This document shows, piece by piece, positions 44,571 to 54,425 of a stretch of 64,000 nt of DNA (position 1 is its first letter; each line of letters opens with the position of its first letter). The position numbers were made by a program, and so were the translations under genes. The DNA comes from Rhodospirillaceae bacterium (GTDB lineage: Bacteria; Pseudomonadota; Alphaproteobacteria; CACIAM-22H2): assembly GCA_022843945.1 (NCBI GenBank), contig JALHMR010000003.1:164837-228836 (forward strand). The letters are read 5' to 3'. The notes under the pieces are model-generated. The model worked only from the letters and a program-made list of their open reading frames with translations, was not told where the DNA came from and ran no database searches.

Positions 44571-45578
44571 CTAGCGCACCCTCACCCGGGGATCGAGCAG
44601 CGGATAGAGGAGGTCGATCAGGAATACCGCCGCCGATACGGCGATGATCGAGATCGTGGTGATGCCGAGGACGAGGCTGTAATCGCCGGCATGCACCGCC
44701 TGGATCAGCAGATGGCCGATGCCGGGATAGCCGAAGACCTGCTCGGTAATGATGGCGCCGTTGAAGATGGCGCCCAGCGACATGGCCAGGCCGGTGACCT
44801 GGGGAACCAGCGAGTTGCGCATCACGTAGGAGGCGAGGATGCGGCGGCGGTCTACCCCGCCGAGCTCGGCGTAGGTGACGTAGTCCTCGGTCACCACGTT
44901 GGAGACCAGCGAGCGCATGCCCATGAACCAGCCGCCCAGCCCGACCAGCACCAGCGAGGTGATGGGCAGGATGGAATGGATCAGGAGGCTGCTGAGGAAC
45001 GGGAGGTTGAAGCCGCGTTGCAGGTTGATCTGCGCACCACCGCTGATCGGCAGGATCGGCCAGAGATAGCCGAAGACGATCAGCAGCATGAAGGCGACGA
45101 TGTAATACGGGATCGGGTGGAAGGCCATGGCCACCACCCCGGCGAAGCGCAGAGTACGGCTCTGGTGATAGTAGCCGGCAAGGCCGCCGAGCAGGTTGCC
45201 GAGGATCCAGGTCAGCACGGTCGAGACGACCAGCAGGCCGACGGTCCAGGGCAATGCCCGTGCGATCAGCGCGGATACCGGCGCCGGAAAAGCCGACAGA
45301 GACGGCCCGAAATCGAGCACCACGACGCGCCGCCAGAAGGTCAGGTATTGCTCGAAAAGACCGCCTTCGAGCCCGTAGAGCTCCTTGAGCGACTGCCGCA
45401 TGATGGCAATCGCCTCGGGATTCACGGCGCCGAACATGGTCGAGGCGGCGATCGTCGCCTCGACCGGGTCGATCGGCGTCGAGTGAGTGACGATGAAGGA
45501 GATATTGATGCCGATGAACACGACGAGGACGAACTGGCCCAGTCGCGTCAGCAGGTAGACCCCGTACCCTCGCATCAC
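44571..45578 (-). CDS. ABC transporter permease (OppB-like)
   Basis: DFGPS, EQVFGYPGIG and LDPRVR motifs. Confidence 0.9.
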   Translation of the reverse strand: MMRGYGVYLLTRLGQFVLVVFIGINISFIVTHSTPIDPVEATIAASTMFGAVNPEAIAIMRQSLKELYGLEGGLFEQYLTFWRRVVVLDFGPSLSAFPAPVSALIARALPWTVGLLVVSTVLTWILGNLLGGLAGYYHQSRTLRFAGVVAMAFHPIPYYIVAFMLLIVFGYLWPILPISGGAQINLQRGFNLPFLSSLLIHSILPITSLVLVGLGGWFMGMRSLVSNVVTEDYVTYAELGGVDRRRILASYVMRNSLVPQVTGLAMSLGAIFNGAIITEQVFGYPGIGHLLIQAVHAGDYSLVLGITTISIIAVSAAVFLIDLLYPLLDPRVRVR

Positions 45579-45596
45579 TATTCCGGCTTAAATGCG

Positions 45597-45630
45597 ATCC
45601 GCGGGACCGCCGGTCGGCGATCCCGCGGAT
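45597..45630 (-). other. Stem-loop between substrate-binding protein and permease genes (mRNA stabiliser/attenuator)
   Basis: ATCCGCGGGA...TCCCGCGGAT perfect 10-bp stem with inner CGCC/GGCG. Confidence 0.55.
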
Positions 45631-45643
45631 ACGTGTTACGGGC

Positions 45644-47533
45644 TTACTGGGTCGGCTTCAGCCTGACCATCATGTACTTGGTATTGCCCCAGTTCGGCAC
45701 CGGATCGGTGTAGGGCGCCGTCTCGGCGTTGGGATAGCCGGTCCAGTAGGTCGTATCCATCACCGTGAACACGTTGTAGGCCATCAGCGGGATGGTCGGC
45801 ATCTCGCGCGCCACCAGCTTGACGTATTCGCGGCCGAGCTCGATGCCCTTGGGATCGTCGAAGCCGATCCCGCGGATCTGCTCGATGATCTTGTCGAGCT
45901 CGGGATGCGACCAGCGGCTCCAGTTGCGCGGCGGCTGCATCTTGCCGGGCTCCGCGATGAACTGGGAATGCCAGCTATCGAGGAAGAACGACAGGTCGGG
46001 ATGGCCACCCCAGGTCTCGACCGCCCAGCTGATGATCACCTCGTAGTCGCCGGAGTTGCGGCGATCGACCAGGCTGCCCTGCGCCACCACCGTGGTGGCG
46101 TCGATGCCGAACTGCCGCCATTGCTGCGCGATCATGCTGCCCGCGCGGGTCATCACCGGCCGCAGCTCGCCTTCCACCGTGATACGGATGGAGAAGCGCT
46201 TGCCGTCGGGCGTGTACCAGTCATTGCCCCGCTTGGTGAAGCCGGCCCGCTGCAGCAGCTCAGTCGCCGCCTGGGGATTGGGTTTCCACCAGCCGCGCCC
46301 GAACGCCTTGGCAATGACCGCCGGATCACTGGGGATCTGGTCACCCATCGACGGGCGCAGCATGTCGGCGATCTGCTTGCCGATGGTCGGGTCGTAGGGC
46401 TTGTACTTGCTCTTGCCCGTGTCGATCTCGAAGTCCTTGAGCCAGGCCTCCATCGGGTCGTGATAGAACTCGGGATGGGTGCCGGTGGGCGGCACGCCGA
46501 TGGCCGAGATCGTGGCCGCGCCGCGATACGAGGCCATCGACACCGCCTTGATGTCGATGAGCAGTGCCAGCGCCCAGCGCATGTCCCGCTCTTTGAACAG
46601 CGGGTTCTGATGGTTGAAGATCACCATCGGCAGCGTCGGGTCGGGATGGGCATAGGGGAAGCCCTTGAACCAGCCCTGCGACGTCTTCGACTGCCTCGCC
46701 AGGGTGAACATGCCCTCGGGCGAGGTGTCGTGGATGATGTCGAGCTCGTGGTTGAGCTGCGCGATCACCCGCTTGTCCGGCGGACCCGGATCAACGTAGG
46801 TCACGTATTTGGGGCCGGGCTCGCCGAAGCGGGCGACCGTGGTGCGCTGCCAGTCAGGCCGCTTCTGCCAGATGAACCATTTGCCGTCCTTGTCGTAGCT
46901 GTGCAGCGTGTAGGCGCCCAGCGTCACCGGCGGATCGAAGGCGAACTTGGTGATGTCGCCCGCCTTCTCGAAAACGTGCTTGGGCATCATCCACATGGCG
47001 TTCCAGCGCACGGTGTAGAGGGCGTGGAAGCGCGAGTTGGGCTTCTTCAGCTTGAAGACCACGGTGTAGGGATCGGGCGCCGAGATGCTGGCGACGTTGA
47101 CCTGCACGGCGGCGCTCCAGCGCAGGCCGTTGGTCTTGAGATGCGTCTCGATCGTGTAGACCACGTCGGCGGCCGTGAACTCGACGCCGTCGCTCCAGTG
47201 GATGCCGCGCCGCAGCTTCACCGTCATCTCGGTGAAGTCGGCGTTGTAGATCGGCTTCTCCGAGGCGAGGGAGTTGTCCCACACACCGTCGACGCCCTTA
47301 TTGGGGTCGATGTACCAGAAGGTGTCCATCGCCAGCTGGTGCAGCCCGGTCGACTGGCCGCCGGCGTTAATCCCCCAGATATTGAACCAGCCGGGGTTCT
47401 TGATCGTCCCCTCGGGGTTCTCGACGATCAGGGTCTCTTTTCGCGGCAGATTGGAGATGCCGCTTTGCGCGTGGGCGGCGGCACTCGCCAGCATCGCCAC
47501 GGCCGTGATCGCAACGCAACGCCAGATGCGCAT
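45644..47533 (-). CDS. ABC transporter substrate-binding protein, family 5 (probably oligosaccharide-binding)
   Basis: Signal peptide ending AHA; LRRGIHWSDGVEFTAADVVYT family-5 signature. Confidence 0.9.
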   Translation of the reverse strand: MRIWRCVAITAVAMLASAAAHAQSGISNLPRKETLIVENPEGTIKNPGWFNIWGINAGGQSTGLHQLAMDTFWYIDPNKGVDGVWDNSLASEKPIYNADFTEMTVKLRRGIHWSDGVEFTAADVVYTIETHLKTNGLRWSAAVQVNVASISAPDPYTVVFKLKKPNSRFHALYTVRWNAMWMMPKHVFEKAGDITKFAFDPPVTLGAYTLHSYDKDGKWFIWQKRPDWQRTTVARFGEPGPKYVTYVDPGPPDKRVIAQLNHELDIIHDTSPEGMFTLARQSKTSQGWFKGFPYAHPDPTLPMVIFNHQNPLFKERDMRWALALLIDIKAVSMASYRGAATISAIGVPPTGTHPEFYHDPMEAWLKDFEIDTGKSKYKPYDPTIGKQIADMLRPSMGDQIPSDPAVIAKAFGRGWWKPNPQAATELLQRAGFTKRGNDWYTPDGKRFSIRITVEGELRPVMTRAGSMIAQQWRQFGIDATTVVAQGSLVDRRNSGDYEVIISWAVETWGGHPDLSFFLDSWHSQFIAEPGKMQPPRNWSRWSHPELDKIIEQIRGIGFDDPKGIELGREYVKLVAREMPTIPLMAYNVFTVMDTTYWTGYPNAETAPYTDPVPNWGNTKYMMVRLKPTQ

Positions 47534-47625
47534 CCGTGTCCTCCCTCGCTGGGCGCCGTGTTCGGCGCGATCTTGTTGCGAGGAAGGCTAACGCGACGCC
47601 CTCATAGGGTCAACAGAGCTGATAT

Positions 47626-47642
47626 GTATCAGGTTTTTTGAT
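47626..47642. promoter_or_regulatory. Candidate operator GTATCA-N7-TGAT upstream of the ABC operon
   Basis: GTATCAGGTTTTTTGAT; same motif and spacing at 48641-48657. Confidence 0.5.
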
Positions 47643-47662
47643 TTACTCGTCGCGCCGATGCC

Positions 47663-48610
47663 CTATTCTCGAAGATAGAGGCGCATCACGATGTCCTGGT
47701 CGTAGTTTCCGAAGCCGCGGCCGAAGATGTTGACGCCCCCGGGCCGCTTCGCTCTCTCGTCGATGCCAACTTTAAGGCGAATGGAATGGTGCGCGGCGAG
47801 GTCGAGCTGCTTCAGGTTGACCCGCGACACCTTCACGCCGTCGACGAAGCAGCCCTTGTCGGAGATCTTCCACGCCGTCAGCTTGCCGTACTGCGAGCCT
47901 TCAAGCTTCCACCAGCGCGGCGTGTGGATACCACGCTTGTCACCGAAATCGCCGGGTGACGTCCAGGTCCCGACCATGACGTCGTTAACCCACAGGCTGA
48001 TATCCGACGGCCAGTCGGCGTTGGTGCCTGGCACCTCGGACGAGATCTCCAGGCTGAACTCGATCGCCTCAACGGTCGCGTTGGCGATCTTGGCGTTGTT
48101 GGGAAATTTGTATTCGACATAGCCGCGGCCGAACCATAGCAGCGCCGTCTGCATCCGGCTGGGATCGAGAAACAGGTCCGGCACGTCGAGCAGGCCGATG
48201 ATTCCCTCGGTCGAGCACAGGCCGCACGGGGCACTGACCTGATAGCTCGTGTAGAGGCCCAGAGGCATGGCGACCTCGATCATCCGGTCCTGCTGCTCAG
48301 CCGAGACGCCGTCCAGGCGGATAAAGACCTCGTCGTAGCGCACAGAGCAGATCTTCTGCTGACCCTTGCTCGCCTTGATCGTCTCCGTGTGGATGAGTTC
48401 GGAATCCTTCAGGATCTGTATGTTCGTCGCGATGGTCGATTGCGGCAGCTTCAGCGCCTTGCTGATCTCGTTGACGTTCATCGGACCGTTCGAGTGCAGG
48501 AGCCGCAGGATCTTGATGCGGATCGGCGACGACAGGCCGCGCAGGACCTCGAGCTTGTCCAGCGGATCGATGGTCAGGATGTTGCGGCGTGCGCCGCCAT
48601 TGGAGATCAC
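47663..48610 (-). CDS. ArsR-family HTH transcriptional regulator with large C-terminal effector domain
   Basis: LSSPIRIKILRLL...NVNEISKALKLPQSTIATNIQIL HTH. Confidence 0.85.
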   Translation of the reverse strand: MISNGGARRNILTIDPLDKLEVLRGLSSPIRIKILRLLHSNGPMNVNEISKALKLPQSTIATNIQILKDSELIHTETIKASKGQQKICSVRYDEVFIRLDGVSAEQQDRMIEVAMPLGLYTSYQVSAPCGLCSTEGIIGLLDVPDLFLDPSRMQTALLWFGRGYVEYKFPNNAKIANATVEAIEFSLEISSEVPGTNADWPSDISLWVNDVMVGTWTSPGDFGDKRGIHTPRWWKLEGSQYGKLTAWKISDKGCFVDGVKVSRVNLKQLDLAAHHSIRLKVGIDERAKRPGGVNIFGRGFGNYDQDIVMRLYLRE

Positions 48611-48640
48611 GAGATACGCCCCGATCGGTTAAACTGCACC

Positions 48641-48657
48641 GTATCAAAGGTTCTGAT
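48641..48657. promoter_or_regulatory. Candidate operator GTATCA-N7-TGAT upstream of the regulator
   Basis: GTATCAAAGGTTCTGAT; matches 47626-47642. Confidence 0.5.
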
Positions 48658-48685
48658 CCCGTCACAATCCCAGCCGGCTTATAAT

Positions 48686-49561
48686 GTGACAGTGACCCCG
48701 ACCTGCATCTGGCCGGCCCGCGCCCTGCTGGGTGAAGCCCCCGTCTGGCACGAGGCGGAGCAGCGCCTCTACTGGCTCGACATCAAGGGGCACCGCTTGC
48801 GTGCCTGCAACGCCGCCGGATTGGATCGCCGCGTCATCGACCTGCCCTGCGTCACTGCGTCGCTCGTACCGCGGCGTAGCGGCGGCTTCGTGGTCGGGGC
48901 GCGCGGCCTGGTTGCTGCACTCGATCCGGCGCACGGCAGCAAGCTGAGCGATCTCGTAGCGCTTGAAACCGGTAGACCGGGCAACCGCTTCAACGACGGC
49001 AAAGCGGACGGCGCCGGACGGCTGTGGATCGGCTCTATGCATGACGCGGAAACGGCGCCGAGCGGCGCGCTCTATCGGATCAACCCCGACCTAACTTGGA
49101 CATGTGCCGACACGGGCTACGTGGTGACCAACGGCCCGGCCATTTCACCTGACGGCCGCACGCTCTATCACACCGAATCATCATCGCGCACGATCTACGC
49201 CTTCGATCTCGATCCTGACGGGCAACTGTCCAACAAGCGTATTTTCCTGCGTTTCACTGTGCCCGAAGGCTATCCCGACGGCATGACCTGCGATGCCGAG
49301 GGGCGGCTGTGGGTGGCGCATTGGGGTGGCGGCCGTGTGACCTGTCGCGGGCCGGACGGAACCGTGCAAACCGAGATTTCCCTGCCCACACCGTTCGTCA
49401 CCAGCTGCTGCTTCGGCGGCCGACACTATGAGACGCTGTTCATCACCACCGCCGCGATCGGCGTCGCACTGGAGTTGCGAGAGAACGATCCACTGGCCGG
49501 CGGGCTGTTTACGACGATTCCCGGCGCGCGTGGCTTGCCGCCCGAGATGTTCGCGGGCTGA
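48686..49561 (+). CDS. SMP-30/gluconolactonase family sugar lactonase (XylC-like)
   Basis: LGEAPVW, NRFNDGK, NGPAISPDG and PDGMTCD motifs; GTG start at 48686 or 48692. Confidence 0.9.
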   Translation: MTVTPTCIWPARALLGEAPVWHEAEQRLYWLDIKGHRLRACNAAGLDRRVIDLPCVTASLVPRRSGGFVVGARGLVAALDPAHGSKLSDLVALETGRPGNRFNDGKADGAGRLWIGSMHDAETAPSGALYRINPDLTWTCADTGYVVTNGPAISPDGRTLYHTESSSRTIYAFDLDPDGQLSNKRIFLRFTVPEGYPDGMTCDAEGRLWVAHWGGGRVTCRGPDGTVQTEISLPTPFVTSCCFGGRHYETLFITTAAIGVALELRENDPLAGGLFTTIPGARGLPPEMFAG

Positions 49562-49564
49562 CCC

Positions 49565-50329
49565 TCAGATCCAGCCGCCGTTAACGGCGAATTCCTGGCA
49601 CGTGACCAGCCGGCTGTCCTCGGCCGCCAGCCACAGCACCATGCGCGCAATATCCGGCGGATAAAGCCTCTCGGGGATACATTGCGCCTTCATCAAATCG
49701 GCCTCGGCCTCGGGGGTGAGCCAAAGATCGATCTGGCGCTGGGTCAGGATCCAGCCAGGCACGATGGTGTTGACCCGGATGCCGTGAGGGCCGAGATCGC
49801 GCGCCAGGGCGCGGGTCAGCCCGATGGCGGCAGACTTTGCTGTGAGGTAGACCGGCATGCCGCCCTGCGCCAGCTTAAAGCTGATCGAGCTCATATTGAT
49901 GACCGAGCCCCAGCGTTGGGCGATCATGTCTTCCTTCACGGCCTGCGCGGCGAAGAACTGGTGTCGTAGATTCGTTGCCATGCGCTCGTCCCAATACTCC
50001 GGCGTGACGGAGTCGATGGTATGGCGGTCGTCGCGCGCCGCGTTGTTGACCAGCACCGTGATTGGGCCGAGGGCCTGGCGGATTTCCCCGATGGCGGCGC
50101 GCAAAGCGTCGATGTCGCGCAGGTCCGCGACGACGCCATGCACCTGCGCCGCCTTCTTCTTCAGCCCGGCGCCAAGCTGACCAAGCGCATCGCGATCGAA
50201 ATCGATGAAGCCGACCCGCGCCCCCTGCTCCGCCAGATGTTCGACGATACTGGCGCCAATGCCTGAGGCGCCGCCGGTGACGACAGCCACACGGTTGCGC
50301 AAACTGGGGTAGACGGCAAAGCTGCTCAT
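49565..50329 (-). CDS. SDR pentose dehydrogenase (Caulobacter XylB-like)
   Basis: YPSL, TGGASGIG, NNAARDDRH, YWDERM and YLTAK motifs. Confidence 0.85.
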   Translation of the reverse strand: MSSFAVYPSLRNRVAVVTGGASGIGASIVEHLAEQGARVGFIDFDRDALGQLGAGLKKKAAQVHGVVADLRDIDALRAAIGEIRQALGPITVLVNNAARDDRHTIDSVTPEYWDERMATNLRHQFFAAQAVKEDMIAQRWGSVINMSSISFKLAQGGMPVYLTAKSAAIGLTRALARDLGPHGIRVNTIVPGWILTQRQIDLWLTPEAEADLMKAQCIPERLYPPDIARMVLWLAAEDSRLVTCQEFAVNGGWI

Positions 50330-50478
50330 GGCATTCCTCTTGTCCCTGGACCCCGCCCCGATGCATCAACCAGGTAAGCCGTTGATAACAAAGCTGCCAT
50401 ATTCGAACGCATGACGCATCTGCCGGCTCCCCCGGCGACATGGTCAGCGGTCCCGCCGCGCGTTAAAATGCCTGGCGA

Positions 50479-52140
50479 ATGACAATCCGGAACCGCACGC
50501 TATCACGCCCTGGCTTCGGCGCCCGCCATCTCTTCGCAGCCGTCGCCGCCGCCTTCCTCCTCAACGCGCTTCTGGTCCTGGGCGACTTCATCGAGACCCG
50601 CTGGGCGCTCTTGCCGGCGCAGATCTCGCTTGAGCTGGCCGCGCTCCTGGCGCTGATCCTGGTCCTGCCGCGCTGGGGCATCCGGATCGGCGGTGCCCTG
50701 CAGTGGATTCTTGCCGCCATCCTTCTTTCCCTGCTCCTTCTCCGTCTGGCGGATATCGTCGTGCCGTGGTCCTTTGGTCGAAACTTCAACGCCGCGGTCG
50801 ACATGAAGTACCTGCCCTTCTTTATCGGGCTACTCCATGGCTCGCTCGATTCCGCCACCTTCATATCGCTGGTGGCGGGCACGCTGATCCTCCTGCTGGC
50901 GGCCCTGGTTCTGCTGCACTGGTCGATCGCCGTCATAGCCCGTTCCGGCCTTGCCCTGGGCCTGCGGGCATTCGCTGTCGTCGTTCTCCTTGCCGGATTC
51001 GCCTATACCCTCACGCCGGCACGCTACGATCTCGGCGCGCTGCCCATCGGGAGCGCGGTGGCCGAGACAGCGTGGCGAAACGCCAGCTATGTCTGGGACG
51101 CGAAAGGATTCTCGAATCGGTATCTCGCCCAGATAACGGCGGCACAGGCCGCGCTGCCGCGGGACGCCGACCTGACGGCCCTCAGGGGACGCAATGTCCT
51201 GCTGGTGTTCGTCGAATCCTATGGCGCGATAACCCTCACCGACCCAACCCTGGCCGCGATACTGAATCCGGTCCGCTCGCGCTTCGAGGAAAGCGCGCGC
51301 GCCGCGGGCTACCACGTGTATTCCAGCCTCCTCAACTCCCCGATCACCGGCGGCGGCTCGTGGATGGCGCATGCCACCATGACCGCCGGCGTGCGTATCG
51401 ATACGCAACCTCTTTACGACGTGCTGCTAACGACCAAGGCGCCGACACTCGGCTACTTTTTTCGCGACCGCGGCTATCGCACTGTTGTCGCCATGCCGCG
51501 CATACAGCAGCCCTGGCCGGAGGGCGCGTTCTTCTCCTTCGATACCGTGCTCAACGATGCCGCTTTCGCCTATGCCGGCATGCGGTTCTCGTGGGTGACC
51601 ATCCCTGACCAGTTCGTCCTGGAAAAGGTCCACGCGCGCGAGATCGCGATGGCCGACAAACCGCTGTTCATCCAGTACGTCCTGTCCAGCAGCCACCTTC
51701 CGTTCGACAGCGCGCCACCCGTCATAGAGGACGGGCGCACGCTGGGCGACGGGAGCATCTACGACACTCTCGCCTTTGAGGAATTTCCGCCGCCGGCGCA
51801 GGTCTTTGACAACCAGCGGGGCTATGTCGCCACGATCCGGTATGTGCTTGATTCGATCAGCAACTACCTCGTCAGACGACTGACAGATGACTCACTCATC
51901 ATCGTGGTCGGCGATCACCAGCCGCCGCTGACCATTGCCGCCGCGACACGCAACAAGGCGGTGCCGATCCATGTCCTGAGCCGGGATCCGGCACTGCTCG
52001 AGCCCTTTCGGCAGGCTGGCTACACCGCCGGCATGACGCCGCCCGCAACGGTCACGGATGTCGGCATGGAATCGTTCCTGTCGTGGTTCCTTGCCAGCTA
52101 TACGTCGCGACCGGAGTCGAGAAGCAGCGATGGCCGATAA
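50479..52140 (+). CDS. Membrane sulfatase/LtaS-like alkaline-phosphatase-superfamily protein
   Basis: N-terminal TM helices; VFVESYG, GGGSWMAH, SSHLPF and VGDHQP motifs. Confidence 0.78.
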   Translation: MTIRNRTLSRPGFGARHLFAAVAAAFLLNALLVLGDFIETRWALLPAQISLELAALLALILVLPRWGIRIGGALQWILAAILLSLLLLRLADIVVPWSFGRNFNAAVDMKYLPFFIGLLHGSLDSATFISLVAGTLILLLAALVLLHWSIAVIARSGLALGLRAFAVVVLLAGFAYTLTPARYDLGALPIGSAVAETAWRNASYVWDAKGFSNRYLAQITAAQAALPRDADLTALRGRNVLLVFVESYGAITLTDPTLAAILNPVRSRFEESARAAGYHVYSSLLNSPITGGGSWMAHATMTAGVRIDTQPLYDVLLTTKAPTLGYFFRDRGYRTVVAMPRIQQPWPEGAFFSFDTVLNDAAFAYAGMRFSWVTIPDQFVLEKVHAREIAMADKPLFIQYVLSSSHLPFDSAPPVIEDGRTLGDGSIYDTLAFEEFPPPAQVFDNQRGYVATIRYVLDSISNYLVRRLTDDSLIIVVGDHQPPLTIAAATRNKAVPIHVLSRDPALLEPFRQAGYTAGMTPPATVTDVGMESFLSWFLASYTSRPESRSSDGR

Positions 52141-52870
52141 CGCTGCGCTCTCGACCCTGCGCGCCGATGCGCTCCTGTACGTTGGGGCGATCGGCGGCGT
52201 TCTGACGGCGGTACTGGGCGCTGCCTCCAGCATCGATCACCTGACGGTCGTGCAAGGTGTCACCGCGCTGGCCGCCTATCTCGTGCTCGGCTTTACGATA
52301 GTCAGCGCATTGGCGGCGCATTTGCCGCAGCGGCGCTTCGGCGCCGCGAACGCACTGACCTTGGCGCGCGGCGCAGCCGTCGTCACCCTGGCAGGGTTTC
52401 TCGCCGGTCCTATCGACACAAGACTGTCGTGGGTCGCGGCTCTCCTGGCGTTCCTCTGCATCGCTCTGGACGGGGTCGATGGTTGGCTCGCCCGTCGCTA
52501 TGCGACGGTTTCACCGTTCGGCGCGCGCTTCGACATGGAGGTCGATGCGCTCCTCATGCTGGTGCTCGGCCTGCTGCTGTTTGTCTCGGGCACCGTTGGA
52601 GCCTGGGTCCTGCTGATCGGCGCGGCGCGCTACCTGTTCGTGGCTGCCGGCTGGCTGGTCCCAGCGTTAAGGGCGCCGCTACCCTATAGCGGGCGTCGTC
52701 GCGTGGTGTGCGTCTTTCAGGGGCTTGCTTTGGTGCTGGCTCTGCTCCCGGTCCTGCCGCCTCTCATTGCCGCCCTCGCCGCAGCAGCAGGGCTGGCGGC
52801 AACAGCCTGGTCCTTCGGCATCGATACCCTGCGCCTGATCCACGCCCAGACGGCTCCGTCGGCCAATTGA
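52130..52870 (+). CDS. CDP-alcohol phosphatidyltransferase family protein
   Basis: ANALTLAR and LDGVDGWLARR...FGARFDMEVD signature; ATG 52130 overlaps the upstream gene. Confidence 0.9.
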   Translation: MADNAALSTLRADALLYVGAIGGVLTAVLGAASSIDHLTVVQGVTALAAYLVLGFTIVSALAAHLPQRRFGAANALTLARGAAVVTLAGFLAGPIDTRLSWVAALLAFLCIALDGVDGWLARRYATVSPFGARFDMEVDALLMLVLGLLLFVSGTVGAWVLLIGAARYLFVAAGWLVPALRAPLPYSGRRRVVCVFQGLALVLALLPVLPPLIAALAAAAGLAATAWSFGIDTLRLIHAQTAPSAN

Positions 52871-52877
52871 CGTCGGC

Positions 52878-53627
52878 ATGCCGAGGTTGCTCGCCCGTTT
52901 CTGGGGTCTTTGCCGGTCGGTTCTGATTTATCACGCGATACCGTTTCGCCAGTCGCGGCTGCGCGCGTTGCTTTCGCCGCTGGTGCCGGCGGACGGGCTC
53001 GCCTTCGATCTCGGAGCGCATGTCGGCAATCGCGTACGGACGCTGCGCGGCCTTGGAGCGCGCGTCATCGCCATCGAGCCGCAGCCGGCCTATGCAGGCC
53101 TGTTGCAGCGGCTCTTCGCCCGCGACGACAAGGTCGTGGTCGTTGAAGCCGCGATCGGCGAGCACCCAGGAAAAGCCGTCCTCCTGGTGAGCGACCGTCA
53201 CCCGACCGTCAGCACACTGTCACACGCCTGGCGGGACCACGTCGGCCGACACGAGAGCTTTGTCGGAGTCACCTGGAACCGGGAGATACCGGTCAGGGTG
53301 GAAACGCTCGACACCATGATCAGGCATTTTGGCACGCCGGACTTCATCAAGATCGATATCGAGGGATCGGAGGCCGCGGCCCTGCGCGGCCTCTCCTCTC
53401 CGATCAAAGCGCTCTCCTTCGAGTGTGTTCCTAGCGCGGTGTCCGAGGCGGCGGCCTGTATCGATATCCTCGAGCGCCTGGGCCCTTACCGTTACAACTG
53501 GTCGCCAGGCGAGACGATGAAGCTCGCCTTTCCCGAGTGGCTCGATGCCGCGGGCATCCGTGAGTTCATCGCCGGCACGCAGATCGGCGATCGCTCGGGA
53601 GATATCTACTGCCGCCTGGCAGGTTAG
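52878..53627 (+). CDS. FkbM family methyltransferase
   Basis: FDLGAHVG, IEPQP and FIKIDIEGSE motifs. Confidence 0.9.
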   Translation: MPRLLARFWGLCRSVLIYHAIPFRQSRLRALLSPLVPADGLAFDLGAHVGNRVRTLRGLGARVIAIEPQPAYAGLLQRLFARDDKVVVVEAAIGEHPGKAVLLVSDRHPTVSTLSHAWRDHVGRHESFVGVTWNREIPVRVETLDTMIRHFGTPDFIKIDIEGSEAAALRGLSSPIKALSFECVPSAVSEAAACIDILERLGPYRYNWSPGETMKLAFPEWLDAAGIREFIAGTQIGDRSGDIYCRLAG

Positions 53628-53639
53628 AGGACAACGGCG

Positions 53640-54425
53640 TTACCAGAGCGCCAACAAATCCTGGTGTCCGACGGTGAGAGAAAGAGAGCCGTCGTCGATC
53701 TGCTTTTGCCGCCGCGCCAGCCAGGAAGCGGACGTGGCCGCATCCGCCGGCGCCGCCCGGACCGCCGCTTCCGCGACGCCGGCAATAAAAGCCACCATCA
53801 GTTCGCGTCCATCACCGCCGATTTTCCAGTCGCTATCCGCCAGGCTCACCCGGGCGCCCAGCGTCCTCAGTCGATCCTGCATATGGCGCGGTGCGTCCGG
53901 ACCGAGCGCCAGACCGAAGCCCTTGTCCCGCCTCTGATCCCGGGCAAAGGCGGCGAAGATCCGGCCGTCGTCGCCATCGGCTGGTGTCAGCTCATGACGA
54001 CCATCGACCGTCAGCGTGAAAAAAAGCGGCAAGTGGCGGGAAACGGCCAGGGCCGCGAGAGCGTCAAACCACCGCTCCGACACCAGATCCATCAGGGCCG
54101 AAGCGGTGATCCCATCAGCGTCCGCTGTCGCTCCCTCAATATCTCGAACCAGATCGCCCGGCACGACCTCGAACGGCATCGAACCAGCCAGGCGTGCCTC
54201 GGCGATCTCCAGCAGGGCGCGATCGTTGTCGATGAGGCGAAACCGCGCCCCGGGCCCAGCCAGCGGCGCCAGGGCCAGCACGTTGGCGCCAGTCCCGGCC
54301 CCCAGATCGACGATCAGCGGCGAGCGCGGCAATGCGGCCACAAACTTCCGTGCGAGCGCCTTATCGCGCGCCCGGCCGTCGAACGGGGCGCGCAAGGCCA
54401 GCCAGTCGGGCGGGAACCCGGTCAT
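53640..54425 (-). CDS. Class I SAM-dependent methyltransferase
   Basis: DWLALRAPFD, VDLGAGTGAN and TASALMDLVS motifs. Confidence 0.8.
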   Translation of the reverse strand: MTGFPPDWLALRAPFDGRARDKALARKFVAALPRSPLIVDLGAGTGANVLALAPLAGPGARFRLIDNDRALLEIAEARLAGSMPFEVVPGDLVRDIEGATADADGITASALMDLVSERWFDALAALAVSRHLPLFFTLTVDGRHELTPADGDDGRIFAAFARDQRRDKGFGLALGPDAPRHMQDRLRTLGARVSLADSDWKIGGDGRELMVAFIAGVAEAAVRAAPADAATSASWLARRQKQIDDGSLSLTVGHQDLLALW

